Source: a virus (taxonomy: Duplodnaviria > Caudoviricetes). Taken from it: DNA of 64,000 nt. A model generated the notes under the pieces. That model was not told the origin of the DNA, did no database searches, and worked only from the letters and a program-made list of their open reading frames with translations. Positions 8,631-19,456 of this stretch are shown in pieces (the stretch's first letter is position 1; the number at the start of each line of letters is the position of its first letter). A program made the position numbers and the translations under genes. The stretch covers positions 155,919 through 219,918 of IMG/VR virus record IMGVR_UViG_3300014206_000007; one strand, 5' to 3'.

Positions 8631-11600
8631 TTATCTACCTCGTGCAATAAGTTCATGAATTTCTCTTAATGAGAACTGACTCTTATCTGAAGTTGATTGT
8701 TTATTATTAGCTATAATAATTGGTTTTGCTCCCTTAACGGATTTATTATTGTTAAATTCACCATATACAATTGGTGCTTTATCTGGTTTATCTCTCATAA
8801 ATTCAATTCCATCTTTAACTACATCAATTAAAAGATTCAATTTATCTTCAACGCCAGTAGTATTAACTGCGATATCCAACTTATTGATTAAGTCTTCTTT
8901 TCTCAGTCTTCTACTCTGATATGCATCTCCATATAAAACATCTTCATCTTTATCCTTGACACGATTCATAGATGTTATATTGAATTTATTACTCTTATCT
9001 GCTTTAAGCAGATTTTCTTTATCTTTATCTGATATTAATGCTCCATATCCTTCGATAATAGAATTAATGTCATAATTTGCTGGGTTAATGTCTGAACCAT
9101 ATTTCTGATTAGCTCTTACTTCATAATGTAAATGGTTACCAGTACTTTCACCAGTCGTTCCAACATATCCTATTATTTGTCCTTTAGATACTGAGCTATT
9201 TTCTGGTATAGGTGATTTAGAATTCATATGGGCAAATAGATGATGATACCCAATATTATCTTTTATCAAAAGTTTATTACCATAACTATTATCATAGCCA
9301 TTTAAAATTACTCTTCCACTTACTGGTGTTGGTATTGGAGTTCCACCGGATGCTCCAAAATCTATTCCAGTATGTTTACTATATTTTCCAGTAATTGGGT
9401 GTTTCCTCATACCATAATCACTGGTTAATCTTCCTCCTAATGTCTTACTGAACCAATTTTTTATTGATGTATTAGTATTCATCAATGGCTTAGCCTTATT
9501 GGAAATATCAGTAGGTACTTTAGTTCCAGAGGAATTAGTGTTAGTTGCTTTATTTGCTTCTCTAGACGCCAAAACCATTTGTTTAGCATCAGAATAAGAA
9601 ACATTATTTAATTTCATTTGCATTTTGGCTTCTTCGATTATTGCTAGATTATCAATGATACTAGCTGCACCAGATAAATTACCATCTGGTCCGCCTTCAC
9701 CATAAGTGATTCCCATATTAAATCCAGCACTTCTTCTTGGACCATATTGCATTATATCGTATTTAGATAGATTTGATGATTCTATTATTTTATTTAACTT
9801 ACTAGAATATTTACTATCTGTCGCATATCCAGCCGTTTGTAGAGCAGATGTTGCCACTCTATAATTCTTAGTACTTCTTACAGCAGAATATCTTGGACTA
9901 TTCATTAATTTTGCATAGTCTAATATAGAATCCTCAATTGAATCATAATCTCTAAATTTTGCTATTGTGGAATATGTGTTGCCATATCCATCTTCTTCTT
10001 TTGTCAATTTTTCTTGAACTTTTCCAGTCCATCCTGAGCCCGCTTTGATTCCAAATATATTATTACCAATAGAACTTTTACCCCAGCCAGTTTCTAATAT
10101 AGCTTGTGCAATCAATACTGATGGTAGAATGCCATATTTATCTTTAGCTTTTAATGCTCCAGGCAAAATTTTATCAATAAATTTTGAAGAATCTTTACTG
10201 CCAGAATCATCGATTATTGCATCGATATTTATATTTCCGTCTTCGTCTATATACATCCCATTATCATTGAATATTCTAGTGTATGTAGCTCCACCTAATA
10301 AACTATCAATCCAATGTGTTCCAATTGATCCAACTTTACTAAGAATATCAGCGAGTCCGCTTAATCCTGATAATAAACTACTCTTAGGTTTTTGAGTTGG
10401 CTCAGTAGTATTAAATTGAGCTTGATTTTCAATAACCTTTTCGTCTTTATAACTTTTAGCAGAATCCCATATTGATAATGCAGGTAATGATGGTTGGTTT
10501 GGAGTTGATTTGTTTTTATTTGGTAATTGTGCGTTAAGAAAATCCATAGTTGATGGTAATTTTGGTAGACTAGTTTTATATGGAGCGCCAGGTCCATAAT
10601 TAACTTTATCTTTACTATATGACCATCCGTTAGTCATATCCTGTTGAATATTATCTGAATTATATGATTTAATTCTTCCATCAAGTGGATCTTGTATCAT
10701 AACATTACCGTTTGAATCTATTCCAGTAACTGCAACTACATGACCTGCCTTTGTAAATGGCGAGTCCATTTTACCATTACTCTTTCCTGATAATATTACC
10801 GGATTTCCACTTTTTATATTTTGAATTAAATTATTTTTTGATACTTTTGATGATTGAAGTCCTAATTTCCTTGCACCCTCAGTAAATAAATCTTCTTTAC
10901 TACCACCTTTAGCAATATATCCACTATCTTTTGCTAGTTTCGCAACAGTTAATGGGTCGATATCACGATTAGTTGTATTAGATGCTACATATGATAATGC
11001 AGTAGGACCACATCCTCCAGTATTCATTGTACTTCTTTTTCCATTAGGCAATGTACCTAATGAATAGTTAGCCCATCGTGGATCGGATTGTGAAGGTCCA
11101 TAGGATATATTATCTTTCTTATTAGCCATTTGACCATTGCCATAAAGATAATCAAGTCTTCCACTTCCAATATTACCACCAGATGGTGTTTTAAATGCTT
11201 CTTTTACCGATGATCCAAAATTCTTTAATCCGTTCCATGACTTAGTTGCCCATGATGGATTTTTCAAATCTTGGTAAGCTTTAGTCGATAAGTTTGTGCT
11301 ATTAGATGAATTATAGTTTGCGGTTTCTGTATCAAGAATCTGTTGGTTAGCTTTTAATTCCTTAACCATATCAGCACTACTAACACCGTTTATTTTTGAT
11401 AACTTTTCATATACAGTAGTTGCCATATCAAGTTTCAAATCATTTTTACTAATCTCAGAAGTTACCTCAAGTAGTATATCAAATATTGGTCCGATACCTA
11501 AACCGAGAATAGTTTTAAATGTAGATGAAATAGCAATCATTAACCAGTCAACACTGTCTTCACCAACTCCAAATAATTTATCAGCTTCAAATGCTCCTGA

Positions 11601-14600
11601 TATAAGGTCATATCCTGAGAATACTAAAGTCGCTAAACCAATAGTTGCTACACCAGTTCCAACTTTAGCAGTTGCTTCAACTGTTGCATTTGCTATTTTT
11701 GATGCGGCTTTTACAAAGAATGTATCTGAACCTTTAGCAAGTGTAGTTAATAATTTATCTTTCATTGCTTTTATAAATACAGTGAATCCACTTGGGACTC
11801 TATTGAATAATTTTACTATAGTTTTATTTGTACTTAATTCTGCCAATTTCTTAAATACTTCATCAACAAAACTTAGTACTTTCTTCTTAGAAGTTGCAGC
11901 TAATGCATCAGATGCATACATTGATTTCAATGCAATCGTTTCAGCAACATCTTTAACTGCTTTAGTTCCTTTAGATGTGTTAAGTGTAGTCCTTAATAGA
12001 TTAGCAGGAGTTTCAAACATTCTTGAACCTAATTTTGCACCCTCTTTAGCTCCAGATGCTAAATTAACATTCTTCAATCCCGGAATAAATCCTCCAACTG
12101 TTCCAGCAGCTCCTCCACTAACTCCACCTAAAATTGAACCCATCATACGGGCATTCTTTGGATTTGCAATAGAATTTCTGAATGTATTTAATGACCCAGT
12201 TATTAATCCCTCATTCTGTACCGTTTCAGGCTTACCCGTTTTTTCATTAAATATTATTCGACTTCCTCCAATAACTTGCTTTCCATTTTTATATGTCTTT
12301 ACATTAGTTCCATTCTTTCTAGCTTCGGCTGCCTCTTTACCATCAACTTCTTCGACTTTAGAACCAGCTATACTATCATATAACTTTTCTCCACTACCTT
12401 TTACAATCGCAACTCCAGCTTTAATTAAAGATGGAATTATTTCGACGATTAATCCAGCACTAGATTCGATAATTCCTGGTAAATACTTTCCAGCGGCACT
12501 TGATATTGCACCAATAGCATCTGGAATCTTATCAGAGAGAGTTGGTAATACAGATTCAGTCATAAAATCAACTATTTTTGTATATAAGTTTGGTAGCTTA
12601 TTCTTTAATAATGTGATTCCACCACCAGCTAATAATAATTTTGTTATATTATCAGTATTACTAAACCAATCAAATACAGAGCCAAACATACCACCAAATC
12701 CACTAGAGATTTTCGTTATAGATGCATTTTCAGAATCATCTGTAATAATTTTAGCTTCATCCTTTTTAGTATCAACTTTACTTGAAATTAAATCAGTGAA
12801 TTTAGCTTTTAACGATTTAGATTTTTCTGTTTCTACAGCTTCTCGTTGTTTTCTTGAATCTGATTGATTCTTTTTAAATATTGAATTAAATAGCGATTTA
12901 ATTCCTTTATTATTTATAGTCGACATCTCATCTTCAGAGATATTTGCACTATCAATAATTTCAGCGTCTATTGGTTCTCCAATATTTTTATCGCGTTTCT
13001 TTCTATCATATTTTCCACCAAATAATACTTCATTTAATGAATCCAATCTATCTAGAATATTAACTAATAATGAAGATTTTTTTGGTTGGTTTTTAGCCGT
13101 ACCCAATTCTCCGATAATATCAGAATAATCTGCGTCAATTATATTGGAATCGGTTGAATTTCTTTTAATATTTGAATTTGATAAGGCTCTAATCATAATT
13201 TCATTTGAATTTGGAATGATAGTTGAATTATCATCTGAAACAATAGTTGCTTCATCAGGGCTATCTGTCCATCTACTTTTATTTTTATTATACCAAGATT
13301 TTAAATCTCCTCTAGTATATTCCTCAGATTGTCTATAATTATCCCATTCAAAATTTGGTACATCAGAATATTTATTAATGTCTTCATCCGTCATAGTACC
13401 ACTATTTTTATTAATGTTATATTTCTTAAATGCGGAGTTTAATGTTCTTTCTTTTCTAGCTTTCTTCTTCTTTGAATAGTCTTTATGAATTTGATCTTCT
13501 GCCATTTTGTACATAGCATCTCTCAAATCATCAACCATACCAGTCATACGATCTTGGTATTCAGAAGTTTTCTCTCTAGCATGTTTCTGTTCTAATGACT
13601 CAAGCATTAATGGAGATTTTATAGATGATCCCATCCCACTAGGCATTTCAGCAGATGATTTAGATTTCTCAAATCTATCTTTCCAGTCATCCTTATTAAA
13701 GATTAAATCTTTTAAATTCTTTTCAGTCGATATACTATCTGTAGATAAACCAGCTTTTACTAATTCATTCTTTCTTCTCTTGATCATTTCATCAGTCCAA
13801 AAGACTTCCTTATACTGGTCTTCTTTAGCATATTTCTTTCTTAATGCATCTACACGCTTCCACTTATTTTGCTCGTCTCTATCTTTCTTCTGGGCTTCTT
13901 TATTTTCTCGTTTATCTTTTCTTACATCTCTCCAACGTAAACTATTACGTCCTTCTAAACCCATACGTTCATCATAACTTTCACGAGCAGCATCTAATGT
14001 ATCTTTATCGCTTACTACTCTTTTAATATCTTTAGCTCTTCCAAATAATTTTTGGAGATTTCCAAATATATTATCAGAATATATTCCTTCTTCATCTTCT
14101 TTGCCCCATTTAGCAGATAACACATCTTTAGATGCTCCAGCATAATTTTTCCAGAATTTCATTTCTTCCTTAGTTCTAGTTGGAGCTGCTATCATAGATC
14201 CTAATCTTACTGCCGCAACTATTGGAGTAGATGCCGCTTTTAGGCCAAAGCTTGTTGCTTTAATGGTCATTTTTCCGATATTTCCTAATAATGATGTAAA
14301 CGGATTAAATATTTTCTGCATTGTCGCTTTAAATATAGAAGTAATCCCATCAGTTATTGTATCGAATTTTTCTTTTACAAAATCGGATATATCATCCTTT
14401 AATCCACCTAATGCATCAACTAATGGTCCGAATGCTAATCTAAATGGATATTCAATTTTATCTTTTGCCCAATATGCAAAGTTTGTCATTTCATCATGTA
14501 CTGTTTGCTTAACTGGGTCAAATATATTTACTACTAAACTATTACGTACTTCATTTAATAAACCATTTTTGAGTCTCTTTCCTGTAGGTTTACCATTTTC

Positions 14601-17600
14601 ATCTAATTCTTCAGTTCCAAATAAAAACTGTTTAAATCTATCAGTTTGAGAAGCTATTCCAAGTCCTAACCCAACTAGACCCATTCCAACTGGTCCGCCC
14701 ATTGATAAAGCTGAGCCAACTAGACCCATTTTACTTAAAGTTAATCCTGTTAATGCTCCAATTCCTAAACCTTTTAAACCAGACTTTAGATATGGCTTAG
14801 ACTTTGCAAATCCTGCTGAGAATTTATTCATTCCTTTAGAAAGAACCCCGCCAACACGTTTATTGTCTTCATTCTTTTCACCGAATAAAATACTTTTTAT
14901 CTTATCATTATTTAAGAATAATCCCGTACCCATGCCTAATAATGCACCACCAATTGGTCCACCTGGTAATAATGCATTAGCAACAACGCCAAATGGTCCT
15001 GTTGGTCCACCAAATACGACGTGTTTCATTGCTCCTAATGTTCCGGCTCCAATTATAACTGGAAGATTCTTTTTAAATGAATCTTGTAATCTTTGTGATA
15101 TTAATCCTCCAACTTTCTTTCCATCTTTTTCACTATATTTACCAAACATGAATTCTTGGAAAGTTTTTGATTGGGATAATATCGATAATCCCATTCCTGC
15201 AATAGCTCCACCGACTGGTCCAGTTGGTAAGAATAAGCCTCCTAATAATCCTAATGACCCTCCAGATAATAATGATACTCCTGCTCCAGCTATACCCGCT
15301 GTCAACATCCTTGGAAGATTCTTTTTAAACTTTTTAAGAAAACTTTCTTCTTTTTCTTCTGGAGTTTCTTTGTCGTCACCAAATAAAGCTACAGCAAATC
15401 TGGTTCCACTCTCTTTTATATGATCCGTTGTATTGATAACTGCTTCTTTAACAGTATCATGTACTTCTTCGTTTGTTATAACCATTGGTAATAATGATGC
15501 ATTAGTAGTATTTTTAATTACAGCTTCATTAGAATTCTCTTTATTATTAGAAGTATTCGTTGCTGTATTAGTATTTTCTACTGTTGCTTCATCATTTTTT
15601 TCTTTCTTTTTGGTTATATCCATCCAAGAAAACATACTCTTATATATGTCATTTTCTTTATATTCATCGGATTTAAAAACATACTTCATCGTGTTATCAA
15701 ATGTAGTATTATAACCTGATTTTATATTACTCAAAACACTATCTGGATTTGCTTTATGTTTCTTACCTTGCCTATTAGTATATTCCTTTCCAGTAAATGA
15801 GTATTTCAAATAATCAAAACTATCAAGTAGCATTTTTGTTAATCCGGAAAATATCCCATCTTTTTCATTAAATAAATAGGAACGAATCTTATTTCCAAGC
15901 TTTTTAACATTTTCGTTTTCCCAAAATTTATTAAAGAATCCAGTTTTGCCAAATAATTTAGAAACTATACCCGAGAAAGAACTAAACATTCCTAACACTG
16001 ATGCCTTAATAGAATCAGACATCTTAGTTCCAGCATTAATAAATTTTCCCAGTCTACTATCATCTGCCGAAGCAGTTTCTTTATCAGTTTCAAATTTTGC
16101 TTCTGAATTTTCGGAAATAACTTTTTTATTCATTGCTAAATCAGCATCGATATCTTTCGATGATTTTTTCATTATAGAATCATAATTTTCATTATTAAAC
16201 TTTGATTCTTGTTTCTTTAAGAAATCGTTAGAAATTCCTTGATTTCCTATTCCAGAATTAGTTAATCTAGATGATGCAGGAGCAATCTTAGCTGTATTTG
16301 CTAACGGCGGTCCACGTTTTGATCTTCTTCTAGCTGCTAATTCATCTGGAGCTTTTTCATCCACTGCAACTTGCCTTTTAGAGGTAGACGCTTTTACTGT
16401 ATTATTATCTACTAATGTAGTGATATCAACATCTGGAAGTTCAGCTTCTATATTTCTGGTACCTTGTGGTTTATTATATCCCATCATTTTACTGAAAAGA
16501 TAATCATCAGCTTTATTAACTTTCTTTTCTACTGTATCTCCAAACTTTTCAACTCCGCTAATTCTAAATCTATCTAAAAATTTCTTAGATTTAGTCTTAA
16601 CTAGTTGAGAATAGAGTTCTTTCTTTACAATATCTTCACCAATACTCATATCGAAAGGGTTATCTCTCATAGCTTTATTATACTTCTTCATCAATTGAGG
16701 AGTTATTTTAAATTTACTATCAAATTCTGGGAAAGATTGAGCAATATCTAAAATATCCTGCTTAATACTACTAGGAGATGATGATGTTCCTGTTCCACCA
16801 TATCCAGAATTTTCAAATAAATCAATTTTTCTCTCTTTATTAAGTTTAGAAGAATTTTCATTATTGAATAGATTTCGATATACTGATCCTTCAATAGTTC
16901 TTTCAAGGGATTTTGATTGTTCATTCATCGCCTTAATGGAGCTCTGGAGATTCTTTTCCATAGACATAATTACATCTTTAAATTCCTCATTAGGTAAAAC
17001 ATTTTGAAGGATTCCAGATGCTTGCGTTGTATAACTCTTATAGTCTAAAGTACCACTAAGACGTTGATTTAATAGTTCATTCAATTGCTGCTGGATATCT
17101 TTTATTTCATTTTCCTGAACCATATTATCTTCCAAATAAGTAGTCATTTTATTCAATGAATCATAAAACTCCATTTGTACTGTAGAGTCTCTATCTTCAT
17201 AAAATTGCTTTTCGATTGAACTCTTTGAACGAAATACACCAGCGTCCATATCATAATAGCGTTTTTCTTGCTTAGTTAGAACTGATTCTATACTAGCAAG
17301 ATATGAAGGAATAACTTCAACTAATGAACGTTGCGCTTCACCATTCCATGATAATGCTTCTTTATGGAAATTTCCCATATTAACATTTTTCTGATTTGGA
17401 CGTTTAGCTCCAAGAAGTTCACCCATGAATCTCATAATGCTACTTTTACTATAATCATTACCTATGTCACCAACTCTATATAATGCATTTTCAAAATATG
17501 CCTCTAGATTTTTATCCGCTTTTTCTAATGATTTCGTTATTCCTTTTGGAATTGTCTGTTTTATTCCAGCTTCCAATAGTATTTTAGGTAAACGGATAGG

Positions 17601-18500
17601 AGTATTATCTCCAAATGCACTTTGCATATCATACATCATTTTTACCATATTAAACATAGAGCCAACTATAGTATTATTAAAATTCTTTTTAATGAAGTCT
17701 TTATAACCTTTAGGATTAAATCCTCCACTAATAAATCCTAGCGGGTCTTCAGGAAAACTCATATCACTATTTGGGTCCATACTCTTTTCAAGTCTATTTA
17801 AAGTTTCCAAATTCTTATCAAAATATTCCAACATTGCCTGATTAACTACACTAGTATTTTGATTTTGAAACTCCATTAGACCAATAATATTCTGATTAAT
17901 AGAAGTTAAATTAATATTAATTGCCATAATACCAGAATTTATTTTATTGATACCAAACATTGCAATGTTGGCTTGCTTTAATGATGCCATTTGGGCACTT
18001 TTAATTGTCGAAGATGAAAGCACATTAGTCATTTCTTTAATGCTATCTACGGTAGCATTACTTCCAACTAATACTGCCTTTCCAATAACCTTATCACCTT
18101 CGGTTATAGATTGCGTATCATCAGAGCCACTTTCATCAGAATCATCTGATGATGTGTCTGAATCATAATCATTATTATAGTAATCTATATCACTAGATAT
18201 CTCGTATAAATCTGATTGATTTTTTTGAAGAGAGAAATTCCCTGAACGGATATCTTCCATTGCTGATGCAATTACATCCTTTGCTTGTCTTCCGATTGAT
18301 GATGAATCAAGCGATCTATTTTGGGAATTGACTAGTGTCTTAGTATTTCTTATAAACGATATCGTATCTTTTGCTGCATCTGCAGTTGATATAGCTGTCG
18401 AACTAAGATTTGGGGTTATACTTTTCAATACATTTAACGATGAGAAAGCTATCGATTTAGATGCATTTTTAACCCAAATATTTGCTTTAGGCTTATTCAT
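8631..18500 (-). CDS. Giant tape-measure-like virion protein with C39-like peptidase, glucosaminidase and M23 peptidase domains
   Basis: 3289 aa; Gly-rich hydrophobic repeats (GGPIGGALLG); QSDPRW..GCGPTA..HVVAV..DP (C39-like, ~11095-10620); AQAILETGWG..NNIFGIK..YATD (glucosaminidase, ~10190-9750); HTGIDF..HLHYE (M23, ~9440-9080). Confidence 0.85.
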   Translation of the reverse strand: MNKPKANIWVKNASKSIAFSSLNVLKSITPNLSSTAISTADAAKDTISFIRNTKTLVNSQNRSLDSSSIGRQAKDVIASAMEDIRSGNFSLQKNQSDLYEISSDIDYYNNDYDSDTSSDDSDESGSDDTQSITEGDKVIGKAVLVGSNATVDSIKEMTNVLSSSTIKSAQMASLKQANIAMFGINKINSGIMAININLTSINQNIIGLMEFQNQNTSVVNQAMLEYFDKNLETLNRLEKSMDPNSDMSFPEDPLGFISGGFNPKGYKDFIKKNFNNTIVGSMFNMVKMMYDMQSAFGDNTPIRLPKILLEAGIKQTIPKGITKSLEKADKNLEAYFENALYRVGDIGNDYSKSSIMRFMGELLGAKRPNQKNVNMGNFHKEALSWNGEAQRSLVEVIPSYLASIESVLTKQEKRYYDMDAGVFRSKSSIEKQFYEDRDSTVQMEFYDSLNKMTTYLEDNMVQENEIKDIQQQLNELLNQRLSGTLDYKSYTTQASGILQNVLPNEEFKDVIMSMEKNLQSSIKAMNEQSKSLERTIEGSVYRNLFNNENSSKLNKERKIDLFENSGYGGTGTSSSPSSIKQDILDIAQSFPEFDSKFKITPQLMKKYNKAMRDNPFDMSIGEDIVKKELYSQLVKTKSKKFLDRFRISGVEKFGDTVEKKVNKADDYLFSKMMGYNKPQGTRNIEAELPDVDITTLVDNNTVKASTSKRQVAVDEKAPDELAARRRSKRGPPLANTAKIAPASSRLTNSGIGNQGISNDFLKKQESKFNNENYDSIMKKSSKDIDADLAMNKKVISENSEAKFETDKETASADDSRLGKFINAGTKMSDSIKASVLGMFSSFSGIVSKLFGKTGFFNKFWENENVKKLGNKIRSYLFNEKDGIFSGLTKMLLDSFDYLKYSFTGKEYTNRQGKKHKANPDSVLSNIKSGYNTTFDNTMKYVFKSDEYKENDIYKSMFSWMDITKKKEKNDEATVENTNTATNTSNNKENSNEAVIKNTTNASLLPMVITNEEVHDTVKEAVINTTDHIKESGTRFAVALFGDDKETPEEKEESFLKKFKKNLPRMLTAGIAGAGVSLLSGGSLGLLGGLFLPTGPVGGAIAGMGLSILSQSKTFQEFMFGKYSEKDGKKVGGLISQRLQDSFKKNLPVIIGAGTLGAMKHVVFGGPTGPFGVVANALLPGGPIGGALLGMGTGLFLNNDKIKSILFGEKNEDNKRVGGVLSKGMNKFSAGFAKSKPYLKSGLKGLGIGALTGLTLSKMGLVGSALSMGGPVGMGLVGLGLGIASQTDRFKQFLFGTEELDENGKPTGKRLKNGLLNEVRNSLVVNIFDPVKQTVHDEMTNFAYWAKDKIEYPFRLAFGPLVDALGGLKDDISDFVKEKFDTITDGITSIFKATMQKIFNPFTSLLGNIGKMTIKATSFGLKAASTPIVAAVRLGSMIAAPTRTKEEMKFWKNYAGASKDVLSAKWGKEDEEGIYSDNIFGNLQKLFGRAKDIKRVVSDKDTLDAARESYDERMGLEGRNSLRWRDVRKDKRENKEAQKKDRDEQNKWKRVDALRKKYAKEDQYKEVFWTDEMIKRRKNELVKAGLSTDSISTEKNLKDLIFNKDDWKDRFEKSKSSAEMPSGMGSSIKSPLMLESLEQKHAREKTSEYQDRMTGMVDDLRDAMYKMAEDQIHKDYSKKKKARKERTLNSAFKKYNINKNSGTMTDEDINKYSDVPNFEWDNYRQSEEYTRGDLKSWYNKNKSRWTDSPDEATIVSDDNSTIIPNSNEIMIRALSNSNIKRNSTDSNIIDADYSDIIGELGTAKNQPKKSSLLVNILDRLDSLNEVLFGGKYDRKKRDKNIGEPIDAEIIDSANISEDEMSTINNKGIKSLFNSIFKKNQSDSRKQREAVETEKSKSLKAKFTDLISSKVDTKKDEAKIITDDSENASITKISSGFGGMFGSVFDWFSNTDNITKLLLAGGGITLLKNKLPNLYTKIVDFMTESVLPTLSDKIPDAIGAISSAAGKYLPGIIESSAGLIVEIIPSLIKAGVAIVKGSGEKLYDSIAGSKVEEVDGKEAAEARKNGTNVKTYKNGKQVIGGSRIIFNEKTGKPETVQNEGLITGSLNTFRNSIANPKNARMMGSILGGVSGGAAGTVGGFIPGLKNVNLASGAKEGAKLGSRMFETPANLLRTTLNTSKGTKAVKDVAETIALKSMYASDALAATSKKKVLSFVDEVFKKLAELSTNKTIVKLFNRVPSGFTVFIKAMKDKLLTTLAKGSDTFFVKAASKIANATVEATAKVGTGVATIGLATLVFSGYDLISGAFEADKLFGVGEDSVDWLMIAISSTFKTILGLGIGPIFDILLEVTSEISKNDLKLDMATTVYEKLSKINGVSSADMVKELKANQQILDTETANYNSSNSTNLSTKAYQDLKNPSWATKSWNGLKNFGSSVKEAFKTPSGGNIGSGRLDYLYGNGQMANKKDNISYGPSQSDPRWANYSLGTLPNGKRSTMNTGGCGPTALSYVASNTTNRDIDPLTVAKLAKDSGYIAKGGSKEDLFTEGARKLGLQSSKVSKNNLIQNIKSGNPVILSGKSNGKMDSPFTKAGHVVAVTGIDSNGNVMIQDPLDGRIKSYNSDNIQQDMTNGWSYSKDKVNYGPGAPYKTSLPKLPSTMDFLNAQLPNKNKSTPNQPSLPALSIWDSAKSYKDEKVIENQAQFNTTEPTQKPKSSLLSGLSGLADILSKVGSIGTHWIDSLLGGATYTRIFNDNGMYIDEDGNINIDAIIDDSGSKDSSKFIDKILPGALKAKDKYGILPSVLIAQAILETGWGKSSIGNNIFGIKAGSGWTGKVQEKLTKEEDGYGNTYSTIAKFRDYDSIEDSILDYAKLMNSPRYSAVRSTKNYRVATSALQTAGYATDSKYSSKLNKIIESSNLSKYDIMQYGPRRSAGFNMGITYGEGGPDGNLSGAASIIDNLAIIEEAKMQMKLNNVSYSDAKQMVLASREANKATNTNSSGTKVPTDISNKAKPLMNTNTSIKNWFSKTLGGRLTSDYGMRKHPITGKYSKHTGIDFGASGGTPIPTPVSGRVILNGYDNSYGNKLLIKDNIGYHHLFAHMNSKSPIPENSSVSKGQIIGYVGTTGESTGNHLHYEVRANQKYGSDINPANYDINSIIEGYGALISDKDKENLLKADKSNKFNITSMNRVKDKDEDVLYGDAYQSRRLRKEDLINKLDIAVNTTGVEDKLNLLIDVVKDGIEFMRDKPDKAPIVYGEFNNNKSVKGAKPIIIANNKQSTSDKSQFSLREIHELIARGR

Positions 18501-18548
18501 TATTAATCACCTACTTTATGTGTATATTTTTATTTAAATATAAATCAT

Positions 18549-18560
18549 TAACATTATGTT
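18549..18560 (-). promoter_or_regulatory. Late-type promoter AACA-N6-TA
   Basis: AACA TAATGT TA ~50 nt upstream of giant tail gene. Confidence 0.6.
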
Positions 18561-18584
18561 TTTGGGTTAAAAATGAGATAAAAA

Positions 18585-18621
18585 AAGGAGAATACCGAGT
18601 TTTATTCTCGGTATTCTCCTT
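18585..18621 (-). terminator. Intrinsic terminator
   Basis: AAGGAGAATACCGAG/CTCGGTATTCTCCTT 15-bp stem, T-run on minus strand. Confidence 0.8.
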
Positions 18622-19024
18622 CTGGATATCTTAATTTTATAATTATAAAGTTATTTCTTATATTAACAAAATATACCTTCTTTTTATCAGCGAATATAAA
18701 ATCAATGAAGTTATATATTCATTATTTACTAATGCCCGCATATCACCTTTTTTATTTTAAAGAATAGTCAATTCGTTTAAACGATTCGTCTAACGATTAT
18801 AAAAACCTAATTAAAGGCTTTTAAAAGTTTTCCTCAAAACTTTATTGATTAGATGTCTCATAACAAAATTTCAAATATTCCTCTAATAAAATATGGTAAT
18901 AATTAGGAAATCTATAAATCATAAATATAAATTATCAAATCTTTAGCATTATGCTGACAAATATAGCATATTAATAAAAATATAAAAAACTCCTTTCGAT
19001 AATTTCTATAATCAAAATATAAAA

Positions 19025-19313
19025 TAAAAAAATGAAGGAATATAAATCAATACTTGTTAAAATAGAAATACCATTTCTACTTAAAATATTTATATTCCTT
19101 TTAGCCATGATAATAATAAAAATTGTATTTTTTTATCAATCGTTCATAGTGGAAAAGATTATATACTAATATAATTGCATTAATATAGTCTCTTCCAATA
19201 CTGTATAACATCTTCATGGGATACAATATATAAAACTATGAAGCTTATCATTATCATGTAAGCTAACATGGATAGACTGCATATACCATATGCAATTTCT
19301 TTTCCATAAATTT
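19025..19313 (-). ncRNA. Putative structured late non-coding RNA (~290 nt)
   Basis: AACA-N6-TA at 19313-19324, nested stems (19106-19114/19250-19258; 19143-19150/19235-19242; 19151-19164/19183-19196), terminal hairpin 19035-19100 then T-run; no RBS-led ORF. Confidence 0.45.
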
Positions 19314-19339
19314 ATTTTTTTGTTATGACAAATTAAAAA

Positions 19340-19407
19340 AAAATAATCTATAGATAGATTAGTAAATTTTTGGTTATAATTTACTAATCGCCTCTATAGA
19401 TTATTTT
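19340..19407 (-). terminator. Long terminator hairpin after HU-like gene
   Basis: AAATAATCTATAGA..GATTAGTAAATT / AATTTACTAATC..TCTATAGATTATTT with T-run on minus strand. Confidence 0.65.
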
Positions 19408-19456
19408 AAATAATATTCTCAACCGTTGCTTTAATAATTTAATTATCAATGCTTAG

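Noticed and set aside
10045-18537. Many + strand ORFs (up to 361 aa) inside the giant tail gene
   Set aside because: Antisense shadows caused by codon bias; no RBS, no motifs
19032-19169. 45-codon hydrophobic + strand ORF
   Set aside because: No RBS; coincides with stem structures; likely chance in AT-rich DNA
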